This document shows, in pieces, positions 38,768-48,748 of a stretch of 64,000 nucleotides of DNA. A program made the position numbers and the translations under genes. The stretch's first letter is position 1. Every line of letters starts with the position of its first letter. The DNA is from an uncultured Clostridiaceae bacterium (GTDB taxonomy: Bacteria > Bacillota > Clostridia > TANB77 > CAG-508), in NCBI GenBank assembly GCA_946998225.1, contig CAMPYH010000001.1, positions 388,094-452,093 of the forward strand, in the 5' to 3' direction. The notes below the pieces were generated by a model. The model did no database searches. It saw nothing but the letters and a program-made list of their open reading frames with translations, and had not been told where the DNA came from.

Positions 38768-41700
38768 ATGAGAAAAAAACAAAATAGAAAAGTAAAAGTA
38801 AAATTAAATAAAATAATATTACAGGTACTACTTTTAATATTAGTATCAATTGCTTTAATTACACAAAAAGAAAACATATTAAATATATTTACAAATAAAA
38901 ATAAAATAAAAGCTGAAATACCAGCAGATATGAAAATAGGAGATATAATTAAATATGACCATAAAACAGGTGTAAAACCAGAGGACTTAAAAATAACCAT
39001 AGGAAAAGGAACAGCAAGCATACCTGGATCAGGAAGATACTTATCTCCAGATGATCCTGTTGAAGAACAAACATTCGATGCGAGTAATATAAATACAACA
39101 TGGCGCGTATTTAATATGGACAAAGCAAATAATGAAATAATGATAGTATCAAACAACATATATCCAGAATTTAAAACATATGGTGCAATAGACTATATAT
39201 GGTATGAACATAATATGCATAAGATAGCAAGTATATTTGGCCATGGAAAAGGTGCAAAAAAGAAGGTATTTGAATATAAAGTAGGATCACAATTAGAAGA
39301 TACAGGGGATACAGCAACATGGAAAACAGGAACTAATGGAGTTCCACTAACAGGTGCAAGACCACTAAGAACAGAAGATATAGAAAAAGCATTTGGATGG
39401 GTTGAAGGTACAATATACAGCAATTCAAAGTTTAAGAAAAACTCAGGATATGGTATAAAACATACAAGAAACATATATTTTCCACAAAGAGATACAGGAA
39501 GTAATGTGCAACAATGGGCAGATAAAAATATAGCAAAAGCAGCAAAGCAAGATGTAGAAGTGAAAGACGGATCCTACTGGATTGATAAATCTAATGTACC
39601 AGAAAACAATTATAAAAAAGTATTATGGGATTGGAATGGTAATAACGAGTTCCAATTAGGCCGAGTAGGCCTGGCTGTTTATTCGGACTATGTTGAATTC
39701 AGAATGGGTGTGGTCGATTTTTACAACTTCTATTCAGCGTTCGACAGTTTCGTGTATGCGAGTATTTATGATGGTGGCTGGGTTGAGTATGACCGTTCGT
39801 ATGCTAGCCGTGTAGTAGCCTTCTTGTCGTCATCGGACATCATATATCGTAAATCCAGTGCCTTTGGCGCCCATCAAGAACAAATCTGGGAAATAGAAGA
39901 AAAACGAACACTTCCAAAAGGAATGCAAATAGGAGATATAGTAAACTATGACCATAAAGCAACTGGAGTAAAGATAGAAGACAAAAGATTGGCAAATATT
40001 GTAGAAAATCAAAAAGTGTTAAAAACTACCATAGGGGAAGGAACAGCAAGCAAGCCGGGTTCAATAAAGGAACAAAACTTTGATGCAAATAAAATAGATA
40101 CAAATTGGCATGTATGGGGAGTAGATGAAGAAACGGGAAATGTTATAATAGTTTCAGACAGTGTAGCACCATTTATAACATATGGTGCAATAGATTATAT
40201 ATGGTATGAGCATAATATGCATCAAATAGCAAGTATATTTGGTCATGGAAAAGGTGCAAAAAAGAAAGAGTTTACATATAAAGTGGGATCACAATTAGAA
40301 GATGAGGAAGATACAGCAACATGGATAACAGGAATTAATGAGGTGCCACTAACAGGTGCAAGACCACTAAGAACAGAAGATATAGAAAAAGCGTTTGGTT
40401 GGACAGAAAGTTATATAAAAAAAGCCGGTTCAAAGTTTACAAGATATGAATATAACTGGGGCGAAACATCCACTGAAAATATTTATTATCCACAAAGAAA
40501 AGTAGATGGTATAAACCAAATCTGGGATAATGAAACGATAGCAAAAGGCCCTAAAAAGAATGTAACAGCATACAATAGAAGTTATGGTATAAATAAAGGC
40601 AAAATAATAGACGAAAATGATACAAACATTTCTGAAGAAAAGAAGAAATTATATAAACGCTATATAAACATATTATGGGATTGGAATGGTAATAACGATT
40701 TTCAATTAGGACAAGTAGGCCCGGTTGCTTTTCCTGACCGTGTTGACTTCAAAAGGGGTATGGTTCGTTCTGGCAACTTCCGTTCAGCGGACAATGGTTT
40801 CGTGATTGCACATAATACTGGCCACTGGTCTGAGTATGGCAATGCGTTTCCCGGGCGTGTTTTATCCTTTTTGTCGTCATCGGACATCACATATCGTAAA
40901 ACTAATGCTGCTGGCGCACACCAAGAACCGGTGTGGGATATAGAACTTAAATCACCGGCAACCAAAAACATTAAAGTAAATATGAAGAATGAATTTGGAG
41001 AAAATCTAAGTGGTATTAAATTTAATATTGGCGTGGACGAAGGAGCGTCCGTGCTAAGCCGCATTAATTTAAATATAAATAGTGGTACTGTGTATTCGTT
41101 TAATCAATCTAATGTTGTTATGAAAGATAATAAATACAAAATGGAGGTTCTTGGTCTCCCTACTGGTGCAGATTACAAGATAATATCTAAATATGGAGAT
41201 GTTCATGAACTTGAACAAGATATTGTGTCATTTGGAAAAGAAAATCTAGAGTATGATATATTAATCTACCGTAAAGATGGAGATTATCCAGTAACAGTTA
41301 CATATGAAAATGGAGAAGATGATAAAGGATTTAGTCTTGAAGGAAAGATAAAATTAATGGATGGAAAAAAAGCTATTAAGACATTGAAGGTTACTTTGAA
41401 AAAGGGTAATACTGAATTTAAGTTTACTGATGTAAAATATTTTGTTGATGGTAAGTTTAAAAATTACAATATTAAGTATGAAGGTGAAGGTGATGTTAAA
41501 GTTGATGGAAATGAATTAAAGGTAAAATATACTCCGCCTAAGAAAAATTACAATATTAAAGCAGAATTTATCTTTGATAAAACTTTAGATAAAGTGCCAG
41601 TAAAGCTATTTGCTGATGGTAAACCTTTAAAAGATATTGAACTTTTAAAGAGCGAGGATTATATACATGTAGAAAATCTTCCTGCAAGAAATGATTCAGG

Positions 41701-41929
41701 TAAAGAAATTACTTACACAATTCAAAAAGGAAATATTCCTTCAGGATATATTACAGAGATATCTGGACTTACAATAACAATACGTCCGGTTCTTACACTT
41801 CCTATGAGTGGATCAGATAGTATAAAGATGGTTGGAATAACAGCTGGAATATGTGTTGCTTTAGGAGCTATAGGAAGATTTAAGAATAAATTTATAATAT
41901 TCTTTAAAAAGTATGAGATTATGAAGTAA
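38768..41929 (+). CDS. surface protein with ~340-aa internal tandem domain duplication and LPMSG-type C-terminal sorting signal
   Basis: Signal/TM at the N-terminus. Two copies of a large domain (e.g. GAIDYIWYEHNMH(K/Q)IASIFGHGKGAKKK…VGSQLED…TGARPLRTEDIEKAFGW in both). Ig-like C-terminal repeats. LPMSG + hydrophobic + RFKNK tail. Confidence 0.75.
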   Translation: MRKKQNRKVKVKLNKIILQVLLLILVSIALITQKENILNIFTNKNKIKAEIPADMKIGDIIKYDHKTGVKPEDLKITIGKGTASIPGSGRYLSPDDPVEEQTFDASNINTTWRVFNMDKANNEIMIVSNNIYPEFKTYGAIDYIWYEHNMHKIASIFGHGKGAKKKVFEYKVGSQLEDTGDTATWKTGTNGVPLTGARPLRTEDIEKAFGWVEGTIYSNSKFKKNSGYGIKHTRNIYFPQRDTGSNVQQWADKNIAKAAKQDVEVKDGSYWIDKSNVPENNYKKVLWDWNGNNEFQLGRVGLAVYSDYVEFRMGVVDFYNFYSAFDSFVYASIYDGGWVEYDRSYASRVVAFLSSSDIIYRKSSAFGAHQEQIWEIEEKRTLPKGMQIGDIVNYDHKATGVKIEDKRLANIVENQKVLKTTIGEGTASKPGSIKEQNFDANKIDTNWHVWGVDEETGNVIIVSDSVAPFITYGAIDYIWYEHNMHQIASIFGHGKGAKKKEFTYKVGSQLEDEEDTATWITGINEVPLTGARPLRTEDIEKAFGWTESYIKKAGSKFTRYEYNWGETSTENIYYPQRKVDGINQIWDNETIAKGPKKNVTAYNRSYGINKGKIIDENDTNISEEKKKLYKRYINILWDWNGNNDFQLGQVGPVAFPDRVDFKRGMVRSGNFRSADNGFVIAHNTGHWSEYGNAFPGRVLSFLSSSDITYRKTNAAGAHQEPVWDIELKSPATKNIKVNMKNEFGENLSGIKFNIGVDEGASVLSRINLNINSGTVYSFNQSNVVMKDNKYKMEVLGLPTGADYKIISKYGDVHELEQDIVSFGKENLEYDILIYRKDGDYPVTVTYENGEDDKGFSLEGKIKLMDGKKAIKTLKVTLKKGNTEFKFTDVKYFVDGKFKNYNIKYEGEGDVKVDGNELKVKYTPPKKNYNIKAEFIFDKTLDKVPVKLFADGKPLKDIELLKSEDYIHVENLPARNDSGKEITYTIQKGNIPSGYITEISGLTITIRPVLTLPMSGSDSIKMVGITAGICVALGAIGRFKNKFIIFFKKYEIMK
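38900..40930 (+). repeat. ~1.0-kb intragenic tandem duplication (copy 1 ~38900-39900, copy 2 ~39905-40930)
   Basis: Flanking parts are ~90% identical at the DNA level (e.g. 39181-39420 vs 40181-40420). Central GC-rich sub-segments are diverged. Confidence 0.7.
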
Positions 41930-42032
41930 TTAATTATGAAATAAATGGTTATGTTTTATGTTATTACTAATAAAACGCACTATTGGTGAATAATATTTTA
42001 TATATACTATTTGTTTTATATATTATCTTTAA

Positions 42033-42059
42033 ATGAGCTAAGTTTTAGCTCATTTTTTA
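42033..42059 (+). terminator. rho-independent terminator
   Basis: atgagcta-agttt-tagctcat followed by tttttt. Confidence 0.6.
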
Positions 42060-42137
42060 TGCTAAAAATTATGTAAATCTAGAAAAATATGTTAAAATAT
42101 ATACATGTATCTTTGTATACAAATATGTATTGTACTT

Positions 42138-42149
42138 TGGGAAATTTCC
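42138..42149. promoter_or_regulatory. perfect 12-bp palindrome GGGAAATTTCCC (candidate operator) upstream of the GNAT gene
   Basis: Read directly. Sits 22 nt upstream of ATG 42172, overlapping the RBS-proximal region. Unusually GC-rich for this genome. Confidence 0.35.
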
Positions 42150-42171
42150 CGCAGTTAAAAAGGAGAGAACG

Positions 42172-43023
42172 ATGAAAAGAATTAGTAGAAAAATTTCAGG
42201 AAGAAACGTATTCGTTAAAGAAGCAGATAAGCACGATTGGCTTGTTATGCAAGAGTGGTTTGCAACAAAACCATTTTATGAACTTCTAAGTTTAGATGAT
42301 ATTTTAGACTATTATGAAGAGTTTAGAGAGGGCGGTGCTTATGTCGCTGAAATTGAATACGAACCAGGACGTGCTTATCCTGTATCATTATTGTCTTGGA
42401 AAGGTGCAAAAGAAACAGAACATCCAGTAGCTTTTGAAGATATTTCACGTGTTGCATACATTTCAGATTCTATGACTATACCAAGTTACAGAAAAAGAGG
42501 AATACAAACACAGCTTTTGTATTTAGCTTTAAAAGAAATGAAACGTAAAGGATACAAAGAAGTATATTTAAGAACAGTGGATGGTTCTGAAATGAACAGT
42601 CTTGCTAGAAAAGCAGGAATGGATATCTGTAAAAATGAATATGGTAGTATGATTGTACAAGTAACTAAAACACCTAGAAGTTTAGAGTATATTGATGAGC
42701 TTAAAACTAATGAAAGAAAAAAACTTCGCTTATTAGTTAAAACTCTAATAATGGCTTATGACAACCAAAAGGTAGACTTAAACGTACCAGCTACAAAAAG
42801 AGGTATAATTCATTTGCTAAATAAACTAGATGAACTTGAAATCCAAACACAAGACAAAACTTTCCAAAAGAAATTTGGTAAAAACATTGAAGAAACAGTT
42901 GACCAAATAATGATTCCTGAAGTAAGATGTTTTTACAGAGGTAGTATTCAAGTTATGATATTAAAACTAGGTAAATTAATATCTAGATATAACAGGAATA
43001 TGGCTGAAAAAACTGTAAACTAA
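42172..43023 (+). CDS. GNAT-family N-acetyltransferase with C-terminal extension
   Basis: Acetyl-CoA motif …IPSYRKRGIQTQLLYLALKEMKRKGYKEVYL…. RBS aaaaggagaga. GC content and codon usage (cgt, cgc, gtc, acg) are atypical for the window. The ORF track starts at TTG 42130. Confidence 0.7.
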   Translation: MKRISRKISGRNVFVKEADKHDWLVMQEWFATKPFYELLSLDDILDYYEEFREGGAYVAEIEYEPGRAYPVSLLSWKGAKETEHPVAFEDISRVAYISDSMTIPSYRKRGIQTQLLYLALKEMKRKGYKEVYLRTVDGSEMNSLARKAGMDICKNEYGSMIVQVTKTPRSLEYIDELKTNERKKLRLLVKTLIMAYDNQKVDLNVPATKRGIIHLLNKLDELEIQTQDKTFQKKFGKNIEETVDQIMIPEVRCFYRGSIQVMILKLGKLISRYNRNMAEKTVN

Positions 43024-43033
43024 TAATTTTTAA

Positions 43034-43063
43034 AAGAACTACAAACTTTGTAGTTCTTTTTTC
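43034..43063 (+). terminator. rho-independent terminator
   Basis: Perfect 10-bp stem aagaactaca / tgtagttctt followed by tttt. Confidence 0.65.
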
Positions 43064-43118
43064 TTTTGTTATTTTTTGTTTTTTGTTTTTTGTTTTGTTT
43101 TTTCTTTTTGTTTTCCTT
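43064..43118. repeat. (TTTTTTG / TTTTG)n T/G-rich microsatellite
   Basis: ttgttattttttgttttttgttttttgttttgttttttctttttgttttcctttt. Confidence 0.7.
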
Positions 43119-43168
43119 TTATATATATTTGTCATATTTTAAAGAAATATATATAATTACGGTAATTA

Positions 43169-44224
43169 ATGGAGAAGAAAATGAAAAAAGATGGAATTAA
43201 AATATTAGAAAAATTAGTGAGCTTTAACACAATAAAAGACAAAGAAAACAAAGAAATAATTAAATATATTACAGGTGAGCTTAAAAGCTTAGGATTTAAT
43301 ATTATATACTCAGGTAAATCATTAATTGCTGAATATGGTAAAAATCCTAAATTAGGTTTTTTATCTCATACAGATACAGTAGATGTAAATAAAGAGTCTT
43401 GGAATACAGATCCATTTATACTTACAAAAAAGGGAGATCTTTTATATGGACTTGGAGCTTGTGATACTAAATCTACACTTGCAGCATTTTTAGAAGCAGT
43501 AAGTTTAATAGATTTAGCTAATTTGAAACATGGTTTAAAGATATATATTACTTATGATGAGGAAATTAGTTTTAAAGGAGCTTTAGAAGTTATTGAAAAC
43601 GAAAAAGTATTTCCAGAATATATGGTAATAGGTGAACCTACAGATAATAAAATAGATACAGCTTGTAAAGGAATATTAGAAATTAGAGCAGATTTTAAAG
43701 GAAAAAGAGCACATGCAAGTACGCCAGACAAAGGAATTAATAGTAATTTAAATGCAATAAACTTTTTTAATGAAATGAATAGATATTATTTAGATAATAT
43801 TTATATGGATAAAGAAGAATTATTCCCTGTAGCTGAGACAACATTTACACTTACTAAAATGGAAGGTGGAGATATTAAAAATGCGGTTCCAGAACATACT
43901 ACACTTTTAATTGATTCAAGAATTTCTAAAAAAGAACATTTAGATATGTTAAAAGAAAAAGTTGAAGAAGTTGCTAAAAAGCATGGTGGAATAATTACTT
44001 ATGGAGATTACTTATATCCATTTAATAACGAAATAGATTTTATTAGAGATAAACATGCAAGTAGTTTTATAACTGAGGCAAGCCTTATTGATACGAAATA
44101 CAAAATGATACTAGGCGCTGGACCTGTAACTGCACATGAAGTAAATGAGCATATATCTATTAAAAGTTTTAATAAACTTGTAGAGCAGTATAAAGAGATT
44201 ATTGAAAATGTTTGTAATAGATAA
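43169..44224 (+). CDS. M20-family metallopeptidase / deacylase (ArgE/DapE-like)
   Basis: …GFLSHTDTVDVNKESWNTDPF…GDLLYGLGACDTKS… metal-binding motifs of peptidase family M20. Confidence 0.75.
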   Translation: MEKKMKKDGIKILEKLVSFNTIKDKENKEIIKYITGELKSLGFNIIYSGKSLIAEYGKNPKLGFLSHTDTVDVNKESWNTDPFILTKKGDLLYGLGACDTKSTLAAFLEAVSLIDLANLKHGLKIYITYDEEISFKGALEVIENEKVFPEYMVIGEPTDNKIDTACKGILEIRADFKGKRAHASTPDKGINSNLNAINFFNEMNRYYLDNIYMDKEELFPVAETTFTLTKMEGGDIKNAVPEHTTLLIDSRISKKEHLDMLKEKVEEVAKKHGGIITYGDYLYPFNNEIDFIRDKHASSFITEASLIDTKYKMILGAGPVTAHEVNEHISIKSFNKLVEQYKEIIENVCNR

Positions 44225-44292
44225 TTTTGTATGAAATTGAATTTTTTTAAAAGTAGGTATAGTATATTGATATACTTAAAAAGGGGTAAAAT

Positions 44293-45051
44293 ATGAAAAT
44301 GTTAAAAAAAATATTAGTAATGATATTATTAATTTTAATGGTTGTTGCTTCAGTATTTTTTATAGTAGATAAAAAAAGATTTTTAAAGAAAAAAGCACCA
44401 ATATTTAGTATTAGAAGAGAAAGCGAAGATGAAACTAAAGTTACATATATTGGTCTTGGATACAAAATAGTTACATATCCAGAAGGAACACCTAAACAAG
44501 AGTTTAAAAAGATTAAACATAAAAAAATAGTTCCATGGTTTGGAGATTACAAAAAGCCAAGTAAAAAAGCTAAAGGAAAAGCTAAAAAAGTAAGTATTAA
44601 AACACAAGATGAATTCTATAAATACTTAGGAAGTAAAAAAATAAAAGCTAAAAAACCAACAGATAAATTTAATAAAGAAGATGCAAAAAATAACAAATAC
44701 TATATATTTGAAAATGGAATGGAAACAAATAGAGAAAAACTAGACGAATTTATGAAAAAATATAGTGAAAACGAAAATGCATTTTTAGAAATAGCTAAAG
44801 TTACAGAAAAAGGTGATTTAATTCTATATCATATAATCTATGAAAAAGGAGCTAAAAAGCTATATATAATAGTAGATACAAAAAGAGATCAATCATTAGA
44901 TAAAAAATTAAGAAAAATAGAATTATATAAACTAGATAAAATTGAAATTAAAGAAGAAAATTCTAAAAAGAAACTTGTATCTTTTGAATCTAAAGAAAGT
45001 AGACCTGAATTAGATTCATTTAGATCAATGACAATAACTGAAGTTAAATAG
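44293..45051 (+). CDS. membrane-anchored hypothetical protein (paralog A of tandem pair)
   Basis: TM anchor. The conserved block KVTY(I/M)GLGYKIVTYP and the C-terminal half …ELYKLD(K/N)IEIKEENSKKKLV… are shared with the next gene. Confidence 0.6.
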   Translation: MKMLKKILVMILLILMVVASVFFIVDKKRFLKKKAPIFSIRRESEDETKVTYIGLGYKIVTYPEGTPKQEFKKIKHKKIVPWFGDYKKPSKKAKGKAKKVSIKTQDEFYKYLGSKKIKAKKPTDKFNKEDAKNNKYYIFENGMETNREKLDEFMKKYSENENAFLEIAKVTEKGDLILYHIIYEKGAKKLYIIVDTKRDQSLDKKLRKIELYKLDKIEIKEENSKKKLVSFESKESRPELDSFRSMTITEVK

Positions 45052-45073
45052 ATGTATAAATTTTAATTATAAG

Positions 45074-45103
45074 GAAGAAGATAACATTTGTTATCTTCTT
45101 TCT
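45074..45103 (+). terminator. rho-independent terminator
   Basis: aagaagataaca / tgttatcttctt stem followed by a T-rich run. Confidence 0.5.
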
Positions 45104-45246
45104 AATTGTTTTTTCATTTCTTTATAATTGATATTTTTCTAAAAGAATTATAAAATAAAATTATACTTTTATAATACATAAAAAATATATACAAACACAT
45201 AATATAATTTTACTTAATATATTTTATGTAAGAAAAGGAGGTATTT

Positions 45247-46014
45247 ATGAAAGTATTAAAAGCAATATTAGGAATAATATTAGTTTTAGTAATTCTTGGA
45301 GGAGTTTTCTTTTTAATAGATAAAGGAAGATTTAACAAAAATGAAAAACCAATATTTGCAGTAAGAATGCAAGAAAAAGATGGAGGCAAAGTTACATATA
45401 TGGGACTTGGATATAAAATAGTTACATATCCTGGAGTTTCACCTAAAGAAACATTTAAAACTACTAAATACAAAAAGATGCTTTGCTGGTTCCAAGATTA
45501 TGAAAAACCAAAAATGGTAGAGGTTAAAGAAAAAGCTCAAGATATTAAGGAAGCAGTGATTAATTCAACAGAAGATTTCTATAAATATTTAGAAGATAAA
45601 AAAATAAAAGTTGAAAAAGAAATAGAAAAATTTGATGAAAAAGAAGCAAGAGATAAAAACTATTATTTATTTAAAGGAAAAGAAGAAATTAATAGAGAAA
45701 AATTAGATGAATTCATGGATAAATATGGTAAAAATGAAAATGCATTTTTAAAAGTAGCAACACCTACAAAAGAAGGAGATTTTATACTTTATCATATTGT
45801 ATATGAAAAAATGAATAAAAAAATATACATGGTTGTAGATACAACAAGAGATAAACATGCAGATGAAAAAACAAGAAGAATTGAATTATATAAATTAGAT
45901 AATATAGAAATAAAAGAAGAAAATTCTAAAAAGAAACTTGTAGCTTATGAAGGAAAAGAATATAGACCAGAATTAAGCTCAGTAAGATCTGCAGAAATTA
46001 CAGAAGTTAAATAA
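45247..46014 (+). CDS. membrane-anchored hypothetical protein (paralog B)
   Basis: Paralog of the 44293 gene. Strong RBS aaaaggagg. Confidence 0.6.
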   Translation: MKVLKAILGIILVLVILGGVFFLIDKGRFNKNEKPIFAVRMQEKDGGKVTYMGLGYKIVTYPGVSPKETFKTTKYKKMLCWFQDYEKPKMVEVKEKAQDIKEAVINSTEDFYKYLEDKKIKVEKEIEKFDEKEARDKNYYLFKGKEEINREKLDEFMDKYGKNENAFLKVATPTKEGDFILYHIVYEKMNKKIYMVVDTTRDKHADEKTRRIELYKLDNIEIKEENSKKKLVAYEGKEYRPELSSVRSAEITEVK

Positions 46015-46032
46015 TATGTAATTTAGTTTAAG

Positions 46033-46058
46033 AATATAAAAGGTAAAGTTTTACTTTG
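46033..46058 (+). terminator. rho-independent terminator
   Basis: ggtaaagt-ttt-actttgcc (one G-U pair) followed by tttttt. Confidence 0.5.
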
Positions 46059-46175
46059 CCTTTTTTATTTTGGTTTCGTTTATTTTGAAAACTAAAATCT
46101 ACCACTTATATTTTTGTTTTCCATTTAATATACTAATATGAGAAGTAAAATATTAATTAAAAATTGGGAGATGAA

Positions 46176-48734
46176 ATGTATATATTTAATAAATTAGAAG
46201 TAACACCTACAATACCAAGTAAATTAGAGAGATTAGAAGAGCTGGTATATAATATTTGGTGGACATGGAATACAGATTTTTTAAAACTTTTTAAAGAAAT
46301 AGATGAAGAGGTATGGAGTATATCTCAAAAGAATCCTGTTAAATTTTTAAAACTAGTTTCACAAGAAAAACTAGAAAAGGTAGCAGAAGATGAAGAGTTT
46401 ATGAAATCATATAATGAAGTATTAGATAGATTTGATAACTATATGAATAAAAAAGATACATATTTTGCTAAAAATTATGAAGAGAATAAAGATGATGTAA
46501 TTGCATATTTTTCAGCAGAATATGGTCTTGATGAAACAATGCCAATATATTCTGGTGGTCTTGGAGTTTTATCTGGTGATCATATGAAAACAGCAAGTGA
46601 TATAGGAATGCCATATGTGGGAATAGGACTTTTATATAAAGAAGGATATTTTGAACAAAGAATAGATGGTTATGGAAACCAAATAACTAAATATTCAAAA
46701 ATAGATATAGATAATATGCCAATCATACCTGTTAAAGACGAAAATGGAGAAGACTTAAAAATTACTGTAAACATTAAAGGTGAAGATGTTTTTGTTAAGG
46801 TGTGGCAAATTAATGTAGGAAGAATAAAACTATATTTAATGGATACAGATCTTCCAGAAAATAGTGAGAAAAATAGAGAAATAACATATAGATTATATGG
46901 CGGTGATCAAGAAACACGTATATCTCAAGAAATAGTTTTAGGATTTGGTGGACTTAAGGTTTTAAGAAAATTTAATATAAATCCTGTACTTTACCATATG
47001 AATGAAGGACATTCTGCGTTTTTAATTTTAAAACTTATAGAAGAGATCGTAGAAAATAAAAAAGTTTCATTTGATATAGCATCTGAGATAGTTAAAGTTA
47101 AAACAATATTTACAACACATACTGCAGTTCCTGCGGGAACAGATATTTTTCCAAGAGATATGATGCTTAGATATTTTAAAAACTATAATGAAAAGCTAGG
47201 AATAACAGAAGATGAATTCTTAGCACTTGGATCAAGTAATCTTGATGGAGAATATCCTCCATTTAATATGACTAAATTTGCCATAAAATTTTCAGGAAAA
47301 AGAAATGGTGTAAGTAAACTTCACGGATCAGTTTCAAGAGAACTTTTTAAAGATATGTGGCCAGATATTATGGAAGATGAAATTCCAATTACATATGTTA
47401 CAAATGGTGTACATGTGGGAACTTGGATGTCTCCAGATATACATAGATTGTGTAATAAATATCTAGAAAAAGATTGGAAACTAAAAGTTGAAGATAAAAA
47501 GGAATGGGAAGGAATTAAAAATATTCCGGATGAAGAAGTTTGGCAAACACATAAAGAAATAAAAAGGAAACTTTTAAGAGAAGTTAAAATTAAGAACAAA
47601 GAAAGAATGCTTAAAAACAATGTTCCTTTTGAAACAATAAAAGAAATAGAAGAAAAAATTGATCCTAATGTACTTACAATTGGTTTTGCAAGAAGATTTG
47701 CAACATATAAAAGAGCTACAATGCTATTTTCAGATATAGAAAGATTAAGCGAAATAGTTAATGATGATGTAAGACCGGTACAATTTATATTTGCTGGTAA
47801 AGCACATCCTGCAGATGTTGAAGGACAAGACCTTATTAGAAGAATTCATGAAGTATCAATGATGCCACAATTTAGAGGTAAGATTATTCTTCTTGAAAAT
47901 TATAATATGGCAATCTCAAGATTTTTAATATCTGGATGTGATGTATGGCTTAATACACCAAGAAGACCAATGGAAGCATCTGGTACATCTGGTCAAAAGG
48001 CATCTATTAATGGTGTACTTAACTTTTCAACACTAGATGGATGGTGGGAAGAAGGATATAATTTAAAAAATGGATGGCCAATAGGAAATAGAGATATATA
48101 TGCATCTAAGGAAGCACAAGACAGATTTGATGCAGAAAGTTTATACAATACTTTAGAAAATGAAATAATTCCAATGTATTATATACGTGAAAATGGTCTT
48201 CCTCAAAAATGGATAGAATATATTAAAGAAAGCATTACATCTTCTGCGGCTATGTTTTCATCTGCTAGAATGTTTATAGATTATATAAAAGAAATATATA
48301 TGCCAGCAATTAAGATGTGTAAAAAGAAATTTACTAATCTAGATGAAGTTGGAAATTTTGTTAAATGGAAAAAAGTAATAAGAAGAGAATGGGATAGCAT
48401 AGAAATAAAACAAGAAGGTGAAGGCATGAATGGTAAGATAAATGCCGGACAGGTAGTTAGTGCAAGATGCTGGGTAAATTTTGGAACTATAAATCCTCAT
48501 GATGCAGATGTAGAAATTTTTGTTGCTAAGATGAAAGAAAATGGAAAACTTACAAAAATAAATGAAATAAAAATGAAGGAAACAGGAAATTCTGAAAATG
48601 GATTTTATGAGTATGAAGGTGAATTTGTGCCAAATGATGGAGGAGAATTAGCTTATACTTATAGAGTGTGTCCTAAGAACAAAATGCTTCTTGAAAGAGA
48701 AGATGCAAAAGTTGTTAAATGGTATACTAAATAA
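46176..48734 (+). CDS. glgP: alpha-glucan (glycogen/maltodextrin) phosphorylase, GT35 family
   Basis: …SGGLGVLSGDH… N-terminal motif and the PLP-site region EASGTSGQKASINGVLNFSTLDGWW (family EASGTxxMKxxxNG motif). ~850-aa alpha-glucan family phosphorylase. The ORF track starts at TTG 46164; ATG 46176 is preferred. Confidence 0.85.
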   Translation: MYIFNKLEVTPTIPSKLERLEELVYNIWWTWNTDFLKLFKEIDEEVWSISQKNPVKFLKLVSQEKLEKVAEDEEFMKSYNEVLDRFDNYMNKKDTYFAKNYEENKDDVIAYFSAEYGLDETMPIYSGGLGVLSGDHMKTASDIGMPYVGIGLLYKEGYFEQRIDGYGNQITKYSKIDIDNMPIIPVKDENGEDLKITVNIKGEDVFVKVWQINVGRIKLYLMDTDLPENSEKNREITYRLYGGDQETRISQEIVLGFGGLKVLRKFNINPVLYHMNEGHSAFLILKLIEEIVENKKVSFDIASEIVKVKTIFTTHTAVPAGTDIFPRDMMLRYFKNYNEKLGITEDEFLALGSSNLDGEYPPFNMTKFAIKFSGKRNGVSKLHGSVSRELFKDMWPDIMEDEIPITYVTNGVHVGTWMSPDIHRLCNKYLEKDWKLKVEDKKEWEGIKNIPDEEVWQTHKEIKRKLLREVKIKNKERMLKNNVPFETIKEIEEKIDPNVLTIGFARRFATYKRATMLFSDIERLSEIVNDDVRPVQFIFAGKAHPADVEGQDLIRRIHEVSMMPQFRGKIILLENYNMAISRFLISGCDVWLNTPRRPMEASGTSGQKASINGVLNFSTLDGWWEEGYNLKNGWPIGNRDIYASKEAQDRFDAESLYNTLENEIIPMYYIRENGLPQKWIEYIKESITSSAAMFSSARMFIDYIKEIYMPAIKMCKKKFTNLDEVGNFVKWKKVIRREWDSIEIKQEGEGMNGKINAGQVVSARCWVNFGTINPHDADVEIFVAKMKENGKLTKINEIKMKETGNSENGFYEYEGEFVPNDGGELAYTYRVCPKNKMLLEREDAKVVKWYTK

Positions 48735-48748
48735 TAGAAAGGTAGATT

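Noticed and set aside
40702-41064. 120-aa minus-strand ORF in the GC-rich patch of the duplicated surface-protein gene
   Set aside because: It is created by the locally elevated GC, which lowers stop-codon frequency. The + strand frame is conserved between both repeat copies.
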